The notes under the pieces: generated by a model | Told to the model about the DNA's origin: nothing | The model's input: only the letters and a program-made list of their open reading frames with translations | Databases searched by the model: none | Assembly (NCBI GenBank): GCA_964016885.1 | Contig: OZ024755.1 | Coordinates: 14,322,001 to 14,386,000, forward strand | Source: Eledone cirrhosa | Taxonomy: Eukaryota | Direction of reading: 5' to 3' | Length of the DNA: 64,000 nt | Translations under genes and position numbers: made by a program | In this document: one piece after another, positions 1 through 13,447 of the stretch | Position numbering within the stretch: the first letter of the stretch is position 1 | Layout: each line of letters begins with the position of its first letter

Positions 1-177
1 CATATATATATACATATATATATATAGTTAGGAAAGTACATAATTGCATATTGTAATCCAGTTCGTGATTAAGTTTCTTGGTTAAGTTTCTTGGACGGTT
101 TCCAACGTACGGTTAGGGGTAACTCCACAAATTTGCAAGAATCTGGTTAGTAAATCCCGTTCAATCTTGGAGTATAA

Positions 178-567
178 ACAATAAAAGAGAAAACACAGGT
201 AAGCATTAAAAAAAGGATTTTATCCAGGTATTTACGACCGTTTCATTTGTAAACGCAACCTTATATCGCTATACTGCAAATAGCAGCCAATCGATAATAA
301 CTAGTATTCACCTCCAAATTTTCAAAATAACGAATAAGTTACTTGTAAAAGGTTCTTAATATATAAAAAAACATTTAAAAAAAATATATTAAGAACCTTT
401 TACAAGTAACTTATTCATTATTTTGAAAATTTGGAGGTGAATAACACTTGTTATCGATTGGCTGCTATTTGCAGTATAGCGATATAATGTTGCGCTTACC
501 AATGAAACGGTCGTAAATACCTGGATAAAATCCTCTTTTTAATGCTTACCTGTGTTTTCTCTTTTAT

Positions 568-570
<3 letters not shown>
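178..570. repeat. Long inverted repeat (two ~187-bp arms, 19-nt spacer), possibly an inverted Penelope-like pseudo-LTR
   Basis: 178-364 is the reverse complement of 384-570 with few mismatches. The block is bounded by (TA)n on both sides, and each arm carries a GAAACGGTCGTA motif. Confidence 0.85.
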
Positions 571-599
<29 letters not shown>

Positions 600-1234
600 C
601 ATACACACACACAAACATGGTTTTGTAAACATTTGGAGAAGGAAACCGAACATTACTTAATCCGTCCACATAACATCGGGTGATGTATTAGTATTGATAT
701 GTATAAATAAATATATAAATGAATATATGACAAATCAGCGCATGTTGCAAGGAATGTCCAACGTCTATTATACGTTTATTATATTTTTTTTGACAATGTG
801 CATCTGGTTAAAATTATCTGCAAGATGCAAGCAAAAATGCAATTATTTTTCTATTTGTCATCGGTAGAAGTCGATAAGATATTACGCTCCAATGTTTCTG
901 TAATGTTTCAGCGCAAACATTGACTGCAAATTTTTGAATTTACTTTTTAATTCATCTTTATTTTCTGTCGTGAAAATAGGCTACCACGATCTTTCTCGTC
1001 CACACACACACCCACACCCTCCACACCTACACACACACACACACATGCCTATGCACAGAATCACCTATACATGCCTACGCACACACTTACACATGTCCCC
1101 CCACACACATGCATCCACACACTCCCACGACTCCCAAACATACTCTCTCAATGCATACGAATATATAGCAACCACACACAAACACACACTTTATACAAAA
1201 ACATACATAAAACGCGCCCGCACACACTCATAAT

Positions 1235-1487
1235 AGATTGGTCTTTCGTCGGTTTCGACGATAAGTGTTTCAGTTGTTCAGCTACCGAAACTTCCTGTTT
1301 GTGAAATAAACGTACATGTGCACTTTAACGTAATTCCCAGGAATATTGAACGTGATATAACGTGGGAAAACCTGGCACTTTGAATTGGGTCACTTCTAGT
1401 TTATAGTAAAGGGTACTTCTTGTACGAGATACCACGCAATAGGGTCAAACCCGGGACCTCATGATTGCAGAGCAAACTTCTTGAACA
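1235..1487 (-). mobile_element. Degenerate tRNA-derived SINE with extended tail
   Basis: Reverse B-box-like ggtcaaacccgggacc near 1445; body resembles the copies at 24290, 42275 and 63080. Confidence 0.55.
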
Positions 1488-1899
1488 CACACTCACTCAC
1501 TCACTCACCCACTCAGTCAATCTGTCTGTCTCTCTCTATTTCTCCCTGTCTCTCTCTTTCTCTCTCTGTTTTTGTCTCTTTCTGTCTATCTCTTTTTGTC
1601 TCTTTCTGTCTCTGCCTCGCTCTGCCTTTTTATGTCTCTTTTTCACTCTCTCTCTGCCTGTCTCTCTTTATCTCTGTCTCTCTCAGCCTCTCTCTGATAC
1701 CTGAATATTTGATTTAAACTGGTTTTGATTTCTTACATAAGCACGAGTCTTTGAAATACAAAAGCGGGATGTATGCTTTCCACAGAAATGTCCCTGAGAA
1801 TGACTGATTCAACTAAGAATTCAACCCTGGTTATGGGGATAAGATTCAACCAGTATTTGAAACGGGAGCATGGGGACCTGACTAGATGAAGCATTTATG

Positions 1900-1976
1900 T
1901 TACTGATTAGACAGTGCTAGTCTTAATACTAACCATTTAATGGTTAGTATTAAGACTAGCACTGTCTAATCAGTAA
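1900..1976. repeat. Perfect 77-bp palindrome (38-bp arms, 1-nt spacer)
   Basis: TTACTGATTAGACAGTGCTAGTCTTAATACTAACCATT-T-AATGGTTAGTATTAAGACTAGCACTGTCTAATCAGTAA. Confidence 0.95.
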
Positions 1977-1980
1977 TAAC

Positions 1981-2163
1981 AATTTTTGGGGAGGGGAAAG
2001 TCGACTAAATCTACCCCTGTGTGTTACAGGTACTTCATTTTATCAACTCTGTAAGGATGAAATGCTAACCTTAGTGGGATTTGACTTCAGAATGTAAAAG
2101 GCTGTAACTCTATACCGTAAAGCATGTTATCCGACGCCCTACCGATACTGCCAATACATTGCC
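1981..2163 (-). mobile_element. tRNA-derived SINE, Meta-domain type
   Basis: Reverse complement of the head ggcagtatcggtag and of the tttcatcctt..gataaaat..agtacc core found at 13268 and 45370. Confidence 0.75.
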
Positions 2164-2179
2164 TTTACTAAAGTATAGT

Positions 2180-2385
2180 GAAAACGTATGGCCTAGTGGT
2201 TAGTGTTGGGAGACACATAATGTTGTGAGTTCGATTTCCAAACAAGGTGACGCGTTATGTCCTTGAGCAAGACACTTAATTTCACGTTGCTCCAGTTCAC
2301 TCAGTTGAAAATGGGTTCCAGCGGCTGCTCTGCGTTAGCCCTACGACGGATTGGAGTCTCTTGTACTCTTAATCGCATCTAAATC
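2180..2385 (+). mobile_element. tRNA-derived CORE-type SINE
   Basis: A-box tggcctagtggttag, B-box gagttcgattt, CORE-like tgtccttgagcaagacacttaatttcacgttgctcc. Confidence 0.8.
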
Positions 2386-2395
2386 CAGGGTCTTC

Positions 2396-2620
2396 TTACT
2401 CCTGTTGGAGAAACCCCTTCCAAGTTGACCTCTACCACGTCCTATCTCTGGCCATACTGGAATATGTGGGGCCGATATATCGGATCAGATCGTCGCGCCA
2501 TCTTGTCTTTGACTGCCTTCTAGTTCTTCTCCACTGCTTCAGTGTTCGCTCTGTGTCCCTAATAGTTTATAACACCTAAGAAACCCACTGGGATAAATTC
2601 CGGTCTCAGTCCAGCCCGTA
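2396..2620 (-). mobile_element. RTE-clade LINE 3' remnant
   Basis: Minus translation gives a KTRWRDDL..YIGPTYSSMARDRTW-like RT C-terminal tail. Confidence 0.6.
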
Positions 2621-2934
2621 TAATTCAATCCAGTTTGTTATTTTCGTCTAGATACGAATATTTCATCTATATGGTAAGTATAACAGAACCGAAGAGCAAT
2701 GCAGTATAACAATAGTTATTTTTGTTCTTGCTTTCAGTTTTCAATTTTTTTTACTGTTTAGTTAGGGATAGAAGAGTATTTCCCATGACCCTTTTCGGGG
2801 TTTCACGCATTAATGGGTGGGAGCAAAGTATTTTCAAACTAAAAACCTAGCCCCAATACTATCCAAAAGTCATTAGAAAGAAATATCACAGGGTTTCTTA
2901 TTCGACGCTCTAAATATCCTCCCAATTCGCAACG

Positions 2935-3080
2935 CGAAACTTTTACTTTATTTTATCGATCTCGAAAAGACGATGGCATGGTAGATCTCGGCGGGATTTA
3001 AACACATTGTTCAGAGAATCACAAGTCATACCGGAAATTACTTTGTTATACGCTCTAGCAACTCTGCAAATTCGTCGCCA
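2935..3080 (-). mobile_element. Meta-type SINE, degenerate
   Basis: tttattttatcgatctcgaaaag...ctcggcgggattt matches the reverse of the family core. Confidence 0.6.
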
Positions 3081-5559
3081 TATTTGAAGCGTTTTACATA
3101 TATTGAACCTATAATAGAAGCCATAACGAATGAAACTCGATCACTGAAAAATGTCTTACTTGTGTAATATCTCAATAGATACTGTTACAGTCTCAATAAA
3201 TACTGTTATACTCAAACGTAGTCTCCTTCGCTGTCAAATGAATGGTGGAAGTAGAAAGAGAATAATTGTGTCGGTAGTGGGTGAAAAGCTGGCGGCTGGT
3301 TAACTTGTCCATATTTGTAAATGTACGTAATGACACCTCTGAAAAATTTCACCGATCACTAAACACTAAAATCGGATTAAATAATGTTTGATCTAAAACT
3401 AAATTTGTTAATAAATAATAAATATATCACAGAAAAAATAAAACAAAAAGTATTTGATGAAACAAATATTTTTTTCCTTCAGTTTTTGTTGTTGTTTTAA
3501 AGTAGAAAATCAAAGCCAATATGTCAAGAAGTTGTCGTTGAAATTGACAAAATACGATCTGTTTTTCATCAGCAAATAGGAAAGCACAACATCAATATAT
3601 AAATCATATATCTCTTTGATTTCTTATATTAATAAGGAAAGTGTTTCTGTTTGTGTTGCCATTGATCTTTTTTTCCGAAGCTATTTACAAAATGGTATAA
3701 TCACAATGACAGCGATTATATTGAGTTTAATCAGGCGTATGTGTCTTTGCTATCCTTTGGAATAAAACATACATCAAACTACTCGCACACACATACACAC
3801 ACGACGTACACATGCACACATTTATTTATCTCCTTCTTTTGAGTATTTTCTACCCTTATTAATGGTTTTAGGGTGGTTATGTTCTAGCTCGACATTAACA
3901 TTCAACTACTGGCTCTGCGCTTCGTCAATTTTCCTGTTATCCCTAAATCTATCTATCTAGCCAGCTCACTCTATTTTATTTTATCCATCTCTCTTCTAAC
4001 AAATACAATTAGTAAATTCTCATACGGCTCTTTTGTACCCTGAAAATTCAAATTAGATAATAGCAAAATATATACAATTTGTTTCATCCCAAATTTTAGT
4101 ACACTTGCCTCCATAAATCACACTTTTCTCTCATATAACATCGGTATTCTGGCAGGTGTCATACAACTGACTTAAATCTATAATCATAAATGGATTCTTT
4201 GAAAATAATATATCATATCCTCTCATGTTCTTTGCACAACATCAGATAGATGTTGTTTCATGGTCTCGGTGGTTAGAAAGGAAAGTGGGATGCAGCCTAC
4301 AGAGATACAGGTACCGTTGTCGGACAGGCTGAAAATTGCAAGCTTTCAAAAGGATACCTATCGGCCGCTTTCTGATAGGTTTATCACTCAACTCGTATCG
4401 GTGAAAATATTTGGGATCCTACTTAACTTCGATTTGACTGTTTTTCATACAGGTAGCTGTACTTGTGCCACAATATCACAGGGAAAAAGTACTCAGAACG
4501 CAAAATCTATAATGCTATAAGTAAAAACACTCAAAGCAGATTCCGGTTCAAACCATTTTTCCCAGATAAAAGTGTGACCTTTTAACCGTTTATCTTTAAT
4601 TCATCGTCAATTTAGCTGAAATGTCACTAATCCTCACAAGCAATCGATAATTGAATGAGTTCAATTATTTTGTGTTTTAGCGAATTCTTTCTCGAAAATC
4701 ATGGTTTCCCTATCTCCCATGAAGCCGCTGTTATACTGATTACTCTTCAACAGATACAAATTATTTATAACAATAACATGAATTATCTATATACGTGAAT
4801 ATTTTCATATCGAGCAGCATTTGACTTAATTTTAAGCCAATTTAATTTAGTTTGAAACAAGACACTAGAGAAGATTTACCAACAATCTCTCGTATATTTC
4901 CCGTACATGACGTGACTTCTCATCATCAAATTATCTATCACTATGTAAAAGTTTATGCTAGTATTGTTTAGTATATGCTAATGTTCAAGTATACTAAATT
5001 ACTAGGAAGTAACTGTGACAAACTAAATTGGAAATTATGACACCAACGTTTTAAGATAGGTGATTACGGAAAGTAATTATATAGATCGTGTTTAACATAT
5101 AATTTCAGTTAAACCTGTCGAAGTATGAAGTATTGTAGCTGATATTAATGAGAAACTGTATAATATCAATATGAAATATTGTCGCCAGCACTTTGATGTA
5201 GAAGTGATCTCCAGAAAAGCTGGGCTTGCAATGTGATTTCGATTCTCATTTAAAGTCATTTATTTACCTCAGTAATACCATTAGTAAGGGACCAAATTGG
5301 CAGAGATATTTGGCGTCAGATTTATATGCCTCGGTAATTGTTCCAGTTCATTGTGGTCTGAGTTCAAATCCCGCCGTTCGATGAAAACATAGCTTCCTTA
5401 GTCCGGTCTGAGGAACATCTTTGTTCTAACAACGTTAGAAAAACCTTACATATTTTTTAAACTCCCCATTTATCTGTTTAAAGGCAATTCCTATCGAAAC
5501 TAGTCTATAGAAATCGATACTAATGTGATCTGTTTCTTTCATTAATCAATTATAGTCTT

Positions 5560-6250
5560 ATGAATAATATTAAAGTAATGTTCCTTCTTCTTTGGTAAAA
5601 CTATGGCAGAACACAACGAGAACTTGGCTCACTTAAGAGACTCAACTTTACGAATGAACAATGACAAATGTCTTTGTCACTAAACACCATTTCTTATCTA
5701 GGATACAAAAGGAGAAAGTAATTCTAAGGAAGGTTGAACCCCCTTTTATTTACCTAACACCTAGCAATGTTAAACAACTTCAACACTGCTACTGGGCTTG
5801 CTTGGGCGTTTCATACTTTTCTATCCATCGGTTCAAACCTCCATTAGTTTTAATTCCACTCTTACTCAACTATTTGATCTGAAGTTCCACATCATGTTGA
5901 AACTGATGCTTCCGAAGCATCGTTGAGTAATGAAGCTGTCCTTTTTTTCAGAATTCGTTCTTGTCTTAGAAAAAGAAACTCTTAATTGAAAAGACATTAA
6001 GACTATCATAAAATGTGCCAGGAAATAGTGAAGGTTTTACTTCGAGGCCATTTTATATTACACAAGCGATTATATTCAATAAACCATTTTTTTTCATATT
6101 TATTAATAAAAGTAGAGGAAAAACGGTGAAATAAGATTCTTTCATAACACATTGAATTATCACCTTACAAATATAACATCCACCACATACCTAACTAAGA
6201 TGACATAGCTTTTGATGCTCTTTCCAGATGTTCCTCTATAACATCTCATA
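5560..6250 (+). mobile_element. Ty3/gypsy LTR-retrotransposon pol remnant (RT and RNase H), decayed
   Basis: FFGKTMAEHNENL..LRMNNDKC, TPSNVKQLQ and HIPN*DDIAFDALSR match gypsy RT/RNase H motifs in the correct order, with stops and frameshifts. Confidence 0.65.
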
Positions 6251-6602
6251 GAATCACAGATTTATACAGATTTTTATGTAAATTTCGAGTGACTTGATTA
6301 TGGCACTGTCAGATCCAAGAACGTGCCATTGTATTTATAACAAAATGCATCAAATGTTCGAAATACAAACCAAACCAGAATTCTACCATTTACCTCTTAC
6401 CAAACTTATCAAAGTCTACACAACTATTTGAGTGTCTCACTGTCAACCTCTAAAGTTGTCAACCATCATATAACTCTTAGCACTACTTGTTTGTAATTAT
6501 AGGTGAATACTCAAGATTTTCTTTGTGTTTGTGTGATCAGATATGGCAGCCCCTATAGTGACTCTGTCTTCAAAATGTTTTCTTATTCAATGTATTCGAT
6601 AG

Positions 6603-6925
6603 AGTGCTTATCTCGGAGATCAGGGAGTTGCTCCAGATAGAGCCGCTACTTCACCGAATTGAGAGATTACAGCTCCGATACTATAGACATGTGGTTATGT
6701 CTCAGGAAAGAATCGCCGGAGAGATCTTACGGGAAAAAAACTGGCGAGAGACCCAGGAGTTTACCCCGAGCAAGATGGTTAGATAACATCCATGAGCTCG
6801 ACTGGTCATGCTTGGGGATCCAGTCGGATCAAGTGGAGACGGTTGCTTTTGACAAGACCCATTGGAAGGAATGTTTAAGGACTCTTCCCCCACGACAATC
6901 TCAGGAGTGATGTTTCGTTGATGAT
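6603..6925 (+). mobile_element. RTE-clade LINE 3' fragment
   Basis: IEPLLHRIERLQLRYYRHV / ERPRSLPRARWLDNI..AFDKTHW; tgatg tail. Confidence 0.8.
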
Positions 6926-8848
6926 TGCCGCAGTGATATGTTGTAAAATCATGTGAGCAGGAGCAGTCCAGCATCTATTCAGTTATTGTACAGGAAATCA
7001 CAGCTCCACCCCTCGAAATTTCATGTCGTTCAATACGGATCCGAAAAGCACAAGAGAAGCTATATTTTTAAAACGCCAGTGAATCATACCAACTGCAACT
7101 TCCGGTCCAGACGCATTCTGGTATAGTTTGATTGAAGGCTGGGGGTCAGCTATTTGCAATAAATACGGACATATACTATTTTTACATGTCAGAGTGAAGT
7201 TGAACGTTTTAGCCGGAAATAACGATTGGTTCTCGGCAACATTTTCTTTATACGCTATTTAAATCATTCTAAAGCATTTTGTACGTAAATATACCATATA
7301 AAACCGCATGAAAACTTTCAAAACTGCATAAAATAAATTTACCACACAGGGCTTCCTTTTCTCTCAATAGCTGTAACAACTACTAGACTCAACTATTGTC
7401 ATTGTGTGACATCTTCTATCTTTGCTCCTTGTCTACTACATAAAATGGTTTCTTTCAATTGATCAACCAAGAAACATGTAATTAGCTGGGTAACGGAATT
7501 TTCCTATTCAGGAACAATGAAAGGAAAAAAATAAATAAGAACTAAACTAAAATTAATAAATAAAGATATTTCTTTGACTTACTGATAACAATAATTTAGT
7601 GAAGCTAATGTTTTGGGGTAAAAGAAAATTATGTATAAAAATAATTTAAGAATTCATTGTTAACTGTCTAAGGGATTTTTTTTTTATTTCCGCAGTTCTC
7701 TTATTGGACAAAATCTTTCGAAACATGGAACAATATTAAAGAAAGGAGAAATAATTTAAGACTAGGAACGAAATAGGAAATTTAAAGACCAGAAATGATG
7801 AGAAAAAATAAATGAAAATAAAATAATATAGAGAAAAAAATTAACAAAAATTCCCAAACAATACTAATTTTAAATAGGAGAGCAGCTTTTAGGCTTTGTC
7901 AATTTTTAATGTCAACAGCTTCTATAATAAAAACGCAGCTGTCATATTCTTTAATCGCTGATCTCTGGAAACATGGGAACAAATAAACAAAGATATTTCA
8001 ACATTACCATAATATCTGGAATGTGTGCGTACATGCGCACATATATGCCTTCATAGAATACATTAAACTAGAGGCAATAAAAATATCAACAGTAACCAAA
8101 AAAAAAAAAAAAAGTAACACACACATACACACGAAACAAACAAGAAAAATAGTCACAAATACAAGTAGAAAAATGGTTGAAATTTTTAGTTGGTTTGGTT
8201 ATTTGTTCTGTTAAAAGAAATAATTAAATGGAACATAAGAATTTGATAGAATGGTCGCAACATAATTGAAGTTATGTCATTAACAACAGATTTACAGTGA
8301 AAATACAATAACGACTCTAATAATACCCATTGCATGAAGTATTAACGAGACTTTTTAAAAATAAAATCATGTTGGGGGAAATTTAAAATAAATGGTGGAT
8401 ATTTACAGAAATACAAAGAATGAGTGAATGGAAATTACTTTCTTTCTTTCTATTTCTGAAATTTATCCTCTGCATTATGAGTAATTTATAGAATATTCAA
8501 AGGAGGAATTATATTATAGCATGGCAAAGAATATTTCAAGCCATGATTCGATGATTAGATTTATTTGTTTTATTATTAATTTCATTCATGAGGCAAAATG
8601 CATATTTAAAAAAAAAACCCCACAACAAAATACAAAATAAACTTGTTTCCGCCATTAGACTGCGGACAAACTGGGGCATCGCCTTGAAGGGATTTAATGT
8701 GCTAAATGTATCGACACTAATACCTATTTTGTATTCTACTCCGGTACTTATTTGATCGATCTCTTTTTATCGAATCGCTAAGTTACTGGACATAAACAAA
8801 CAGTAAACGTAAACAGATACGAACACATCTATCTGCGCGCGCGCACGC

Positions 8849-8950
<102 letters not shown>

Positions 8951-9084
8951 AAACACCTCCCACAACTTGTTCATCTATTTTAATATACAGGGAAATACTT
9001 AAATAAAACATTTACATCTGTATGTTAAATCCTTTACTGTATCTGTACAGATACGAATTTCTAGTATAAGTCAAATACTTAGTG

Positions 9085-9355
9085 CTCAATGGTCTAGTAG
9101 TAAGAGTGTTGGACATACGATCATAATGTCGTGGGTTCGGTTCCTGGACTGAGTAATGTGTTGTGCTCTTGGGTAAAACACCTCACTTAACGTTGCTCTA
9201 GTATACTCAGCTGAAAATGAGGACCAGCAATAGCTGGGAGTTTAACCATGCGATGGACTGACGTCCTGTCCAGATAGGAGTCTTGTACTCACTGTCGCTG
9301 GACGCCAGAAAATAGGATAAGAACCGGCTTGATGAGCCTCCAGGCTCGAGACAGA
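9085..9355 (+). mobile_element. CORE-type SINE
   Basis: tggtctagtagtaag A-box, gggttcggttcc B-box, tgctcttgggtaaaacacctcacttaacgttgctc core. Confidence 0.75.
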
Positions 9356-9949
9356 CTTTAGACTTAACCTATAACACGCAAACTGACATATTCACTTCAG
9401 TGGAGCTGTCACATTTCATGGGTTTTTAAAGATTTTAGTTAGGACTTTATCAGTGGATTGTAAGAGATGAGAGAGCTTCTGAAGGTTATTCCAGCATGAA
9501 TCAAAACTCGAGTCATGTGATTCATCTTTTTCAATCTACAAAGAAAGGTATGTTTACATATATAAATATATGCTTACATATACATTTCTTGTAGCTTTGG
9601 TTACATCTTATACCGTTTCTGTCGGTCTCGTGCCAATCCCACCCATGCACTCCCGACTTACTCTCCTTCCCTCTTCTTGTCATCTCTATTGTAACACTCA
9701 GACTCCACACCGATCATTATATCCAGTACTTCCTCCTCAGAACCTCAGCCGTCTATAAGTATCTGCCTACACGTATTTTCTACAGTTGTTAACTAAGCAA
9801 AACGTTGACGATATCAATCTCATAAGACTCGGAGGGCCTTCAAAGCTCAAAGGCCCAGCCTCTTCTTCTAAATCGAACCAAATAAAAATTACATTCCGTA
9901 GGAAAAACCACGTGCCTACATAGAAATTATTTGCCTTGCCTTTATCAAT

Positions 9950-10300
9950 CTAATTTAATGTTAGAAACAAAGACTACTTCAGCTTAAAATTTTGTTTCCT
10001 AATTTTTCCAGGATCCTCTGAAGACTTTGCCAATTTCGAAACTTCCTAAATTACCAGCAGTTATTAAATTCCTTTCATCCTGTATTAAAGTTCAATTCTC
10101 CTTGCTTTGAAGTCATCGGTCTCTTCGGAGTTCACACAACATTTGGTTGTAACCTACCATAAACAGAAGGTGTTTGTTGTATGAAGCCGATTAGCTATTT
10201 TGACTACTCTAGTCTGCGCATGTCACCATACGCCCAACCCAATTTAAACGCATTAGGAGGCTCTTTGTTGCTGCCATTATTCTTCATTTCCTTTCGTTTT
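9950..10300 (-). mobile_element. Old RTE LINE tail remnant
   Basis: LLMRLNWVGRMV resembles the RLRWAGHV motif. Confidence 0.4.
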
Positions 10301-10809
10301 CTTTTTTGAAAAAGAGGCTCTAACTTTGGAATACCATGAAATATAAAGTAAAATTACAAGTTGTTTTGTTTTTCATACTTACCTCTATTTTAGTTTTGAC
10401 TCTCTAACTTGAATTGTATGGGTTTTCCCACAATCTATTCTAACCACGTATATTACAATGCTTCATATAAACTATACTGATTTTTTTTTTTCCCATTTCA
10501 TACCAATAGATAAAGCGTGTGCAAAAGCTGAAACTTTCGATAAACAAATCGTCGTATATCAACCAATATACTCCCTTAATTGAGTTTTCATTAACAAAAT
10601 GATTAATCATTTCCTCACAAACAAAAGCCAGTACATATTCAAATATTACGTCACCAATTTAATTTACGTCAACATATCACACAGCAGCTGTATTGCTTAA
10701 GCCAGCTAATTAATCGGATTTTCACTAATTCTATATCAATTACCCTGGAACCAACTATCATTATCACTATTACCACTACCATCATCATCAAAACTACTAC
10801 CACTACTAC

Positions 10810-12679
10810 TATCATCAGTTCATATATGGGTATCGTCTCTTCTCAGCATGAATCACCATCTTAGTCTGTCTTAAGCTGTCTTTATGCATTTATTGTATTT
10901 TAAGTCTCTCCAATTCTTGATATTATCCATCCATACAATTCTTGGTTTTCCTTTCCCTCTCTTCCTATTCATTTTCACTTCGAGCTCTAAACCATTTTTT
11001 CCTCAATTAAATGTCTAAAATATTTTAATTTTTTCTGTTTGATGGTGTTTAATAATTTATTTTAGTTTTTTTCCTTCGCTTTTAGCACTTCATATTAGTT
11101 TGGTATTTTGTCCATGATATTCTCAAAAGTCTTCTACATGCTCACGTCACAAAGGTTTGTAATCAATTTGCTAGTACATTTATTAAGTCCATATTTCAGC
11201 TTCAAGTATTATAATGGACCATAACCATACATAGCATTTAAATTATCTATTTATAGCCTTCATATTAATGTTGTTTGCTGCTAGTATGTTTGACAATGTA
11301 TTAAGAATGAATTTCTAGCTATCTCAATCCTTTGATTCTGTCTCAGTCCTTTTCCTGATTGCATATTTATCCCAGTTATATCATTTTTGGTGTCCAATTG
11401 ACTTTCTTTCAATTGTTATATTTGATTTTAAGGTTTGTTATATTTTTACTGATTATTTTTGTTTCCTTTTTATCTACTCCTTATGGCAGTCCTTTGCTAT
11501 TCACTGTATTTACAAGCTTCTGTAGGTCATCTATGTTGAAATATAATACGACAGTAGAGCATGCAACATCTCATAGATGTTGTTATTGATACTCCTAGTA
11601 TGTCTTCTATTTATCTAAAGTTGTTTTAAGTGTATAGATTAAATATGCCATAAAATAGTACACATCCATGTCTGACTCCTTTCTTAATGTTAAATTCTGA
11701 GGTTTCCTCATGTTTAGTTTTTACCGCAGTGTTATTTGGAGATTTCTATCACACATCACTAGTTCTATTACTACAACTACTACATTTCTCCACTTGTTTG
11801 TGATGACATGATAAAACCTTTTCATCTCACACGATCCAACAATAACTGCCTCAGTCTTTCACCCTATAATTCTGTATCTTCCTCAATGACTATCTTTAAT
11901 GTTTTGTGAGGTCTTCTACGTTTGCATTATACATTAGTGGGCTTACGACATTAGTTCTGACAGTAATTTAATCCTCACTTTTGCAAGTTTTACTCTAATT
12001 TCTTAATATAATCTATAAAGCATCTATAACAATCTTCATTTATGTCTATAGCTCTTTCATATAAGGTGTTTTCGTTAAATATTCCTCCTCTATTTCTCAT
12101 CCCTGGTCTAGAACAACTTTGGTGTTGACTTATATATTCATGTATACTTGATGCAATTCTTTGATGGATGACTTTTAGCCATAAGTTTAGCCATATGACT
12201 CATGAGGTTAATGGTTCCATGTTCTGTGCAATCTTGAGCATTTGGGGATTTTGATAATGGAAGAAAAACAAATTTTTCTCATCTCAGCTGGTATGTGCCC
12301 ACTCTCTTATATTACATTGTTTTTTTTTAATGTTTCTGTTACAATTTCATTTGCTACAGTTGCCTCTACATCTTTCATTGAATTTATTGCCTTTGCTACT
12401 TCTTTTAAGATTGTGTTTCTATTTGCAGCTTCAACATTGGATATATATGCTATGTCTTCATCATCACAAGGTTCTTTTATATACTCAATCCATCTAGATG
12501 AAATCTGCTCATGATCAAAAGGTAAGGTTTTCATTTTTATCTTTAATATTACCACTTTATTTACTAACACACTTGCTGTTTGTGATCTCATTTATTTTAT
12601 CATACATTTCTTTGGATTTATGAGATTTATTACGTTTTTCAACTACATAGCATTGAACATTCAACACTCAGAACATATT
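10810..12679 (-). mobile_element. RTE-clade LINE, RT region and 3' end, decayed
   Basis: KSKEMYDKINEI, FDHEQISSRWIEYIKE..ILKEVAKAINSMK, RT-like pieces downstream, and a cat/act triplet tail near 10760-10815. Confidence 0.85.
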
Positions 12680-12725
12680 TAGTAGGGTCGGCTGAAAAGT
12701 TCATAGGCTGACTATGAAAGAGTAA
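12680..12725 (+). mobile_element. Isolated left TIR of a mariner-type MITE
   Basis: TA-gtagggtcggctgaaaagttcataggctgactatgaaag; complements the right TIR ending at 14355. Confidence 0.8.
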
Positions 12726-13267
12726 TGTTGTTTTGTTACTGGATTTTAGAAATGTGTTAGAGGAAAACTATAACAGTAGATACAAAGTCAATTTACATAT
12801 CACTTTACAGGATAAATTTGTAGTTTATTTGTCTATAATAACTACCTTCAGTTCCGGTAGTTTAAATTAAGAACAATTATTATAACATTGTAGTCTCACT
12901 GTATATTTTTATACACACTTTCGCTGAACATTCGAATATATAAACCTATTTAAGTCGCCCCCCAAATAATTGTTTATCTATTTCCTTATATTTATTTATT
13001 TATTGATATCTCAATGTACTCTATTATAATATAAATATGATTAATACCAGTGTTTTACCGTTAGAGTGAATTTGAATTTTTAGGAAATTATCAATCCTCT
13101 TTTCCATTTTTTATTTTTTGTATATTTTTTTATGTCTATCGCACAATTGACTAACTAATGTCCTTTTCTTGTGAATATGCAAATAAAAATCTAAATTTCA
13201 TATACTGTCTTTAACACCGCTTCTGCTATGCTTTACTGTTGCTTTTGAATGTACTTCTATTTCGCAT

Positions 13268-13447
13268 TTGGCAGTATCGGTAGAGAGTCGGACTCCATGC
13301 TTTCCAGTATAGTTACGTCCCTTTACGGTCTGAGTTCAAATCCTGCCGAGGTTAACTTTGCCTTTCATCCTTACGGGGTCGATAAAATAAAGTACCAGTA
13401 ATGTACTGGGTAATTGCTGGCCTTGTGCCAAAAGTAGAAACAATTAT
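13268..13447 (+). mobile_element. Meta-type SINE (young copy)
   Basis: Close match to 45370-45548 and to the reverse complement of 50142-50327; B-box gagttcaaatcc. Confidence 0.85.

Noticed and set aside
4260-4520. 86-aa plus-strand ORF
   Set aside because: No recognisable motif; length is compatible with chance.
10010-10055. CTGAAGA...GAAA hammerhead candidate (also 17221, 29938, 46200)
   Set aside because: Stems I, II and III cannot be formed.
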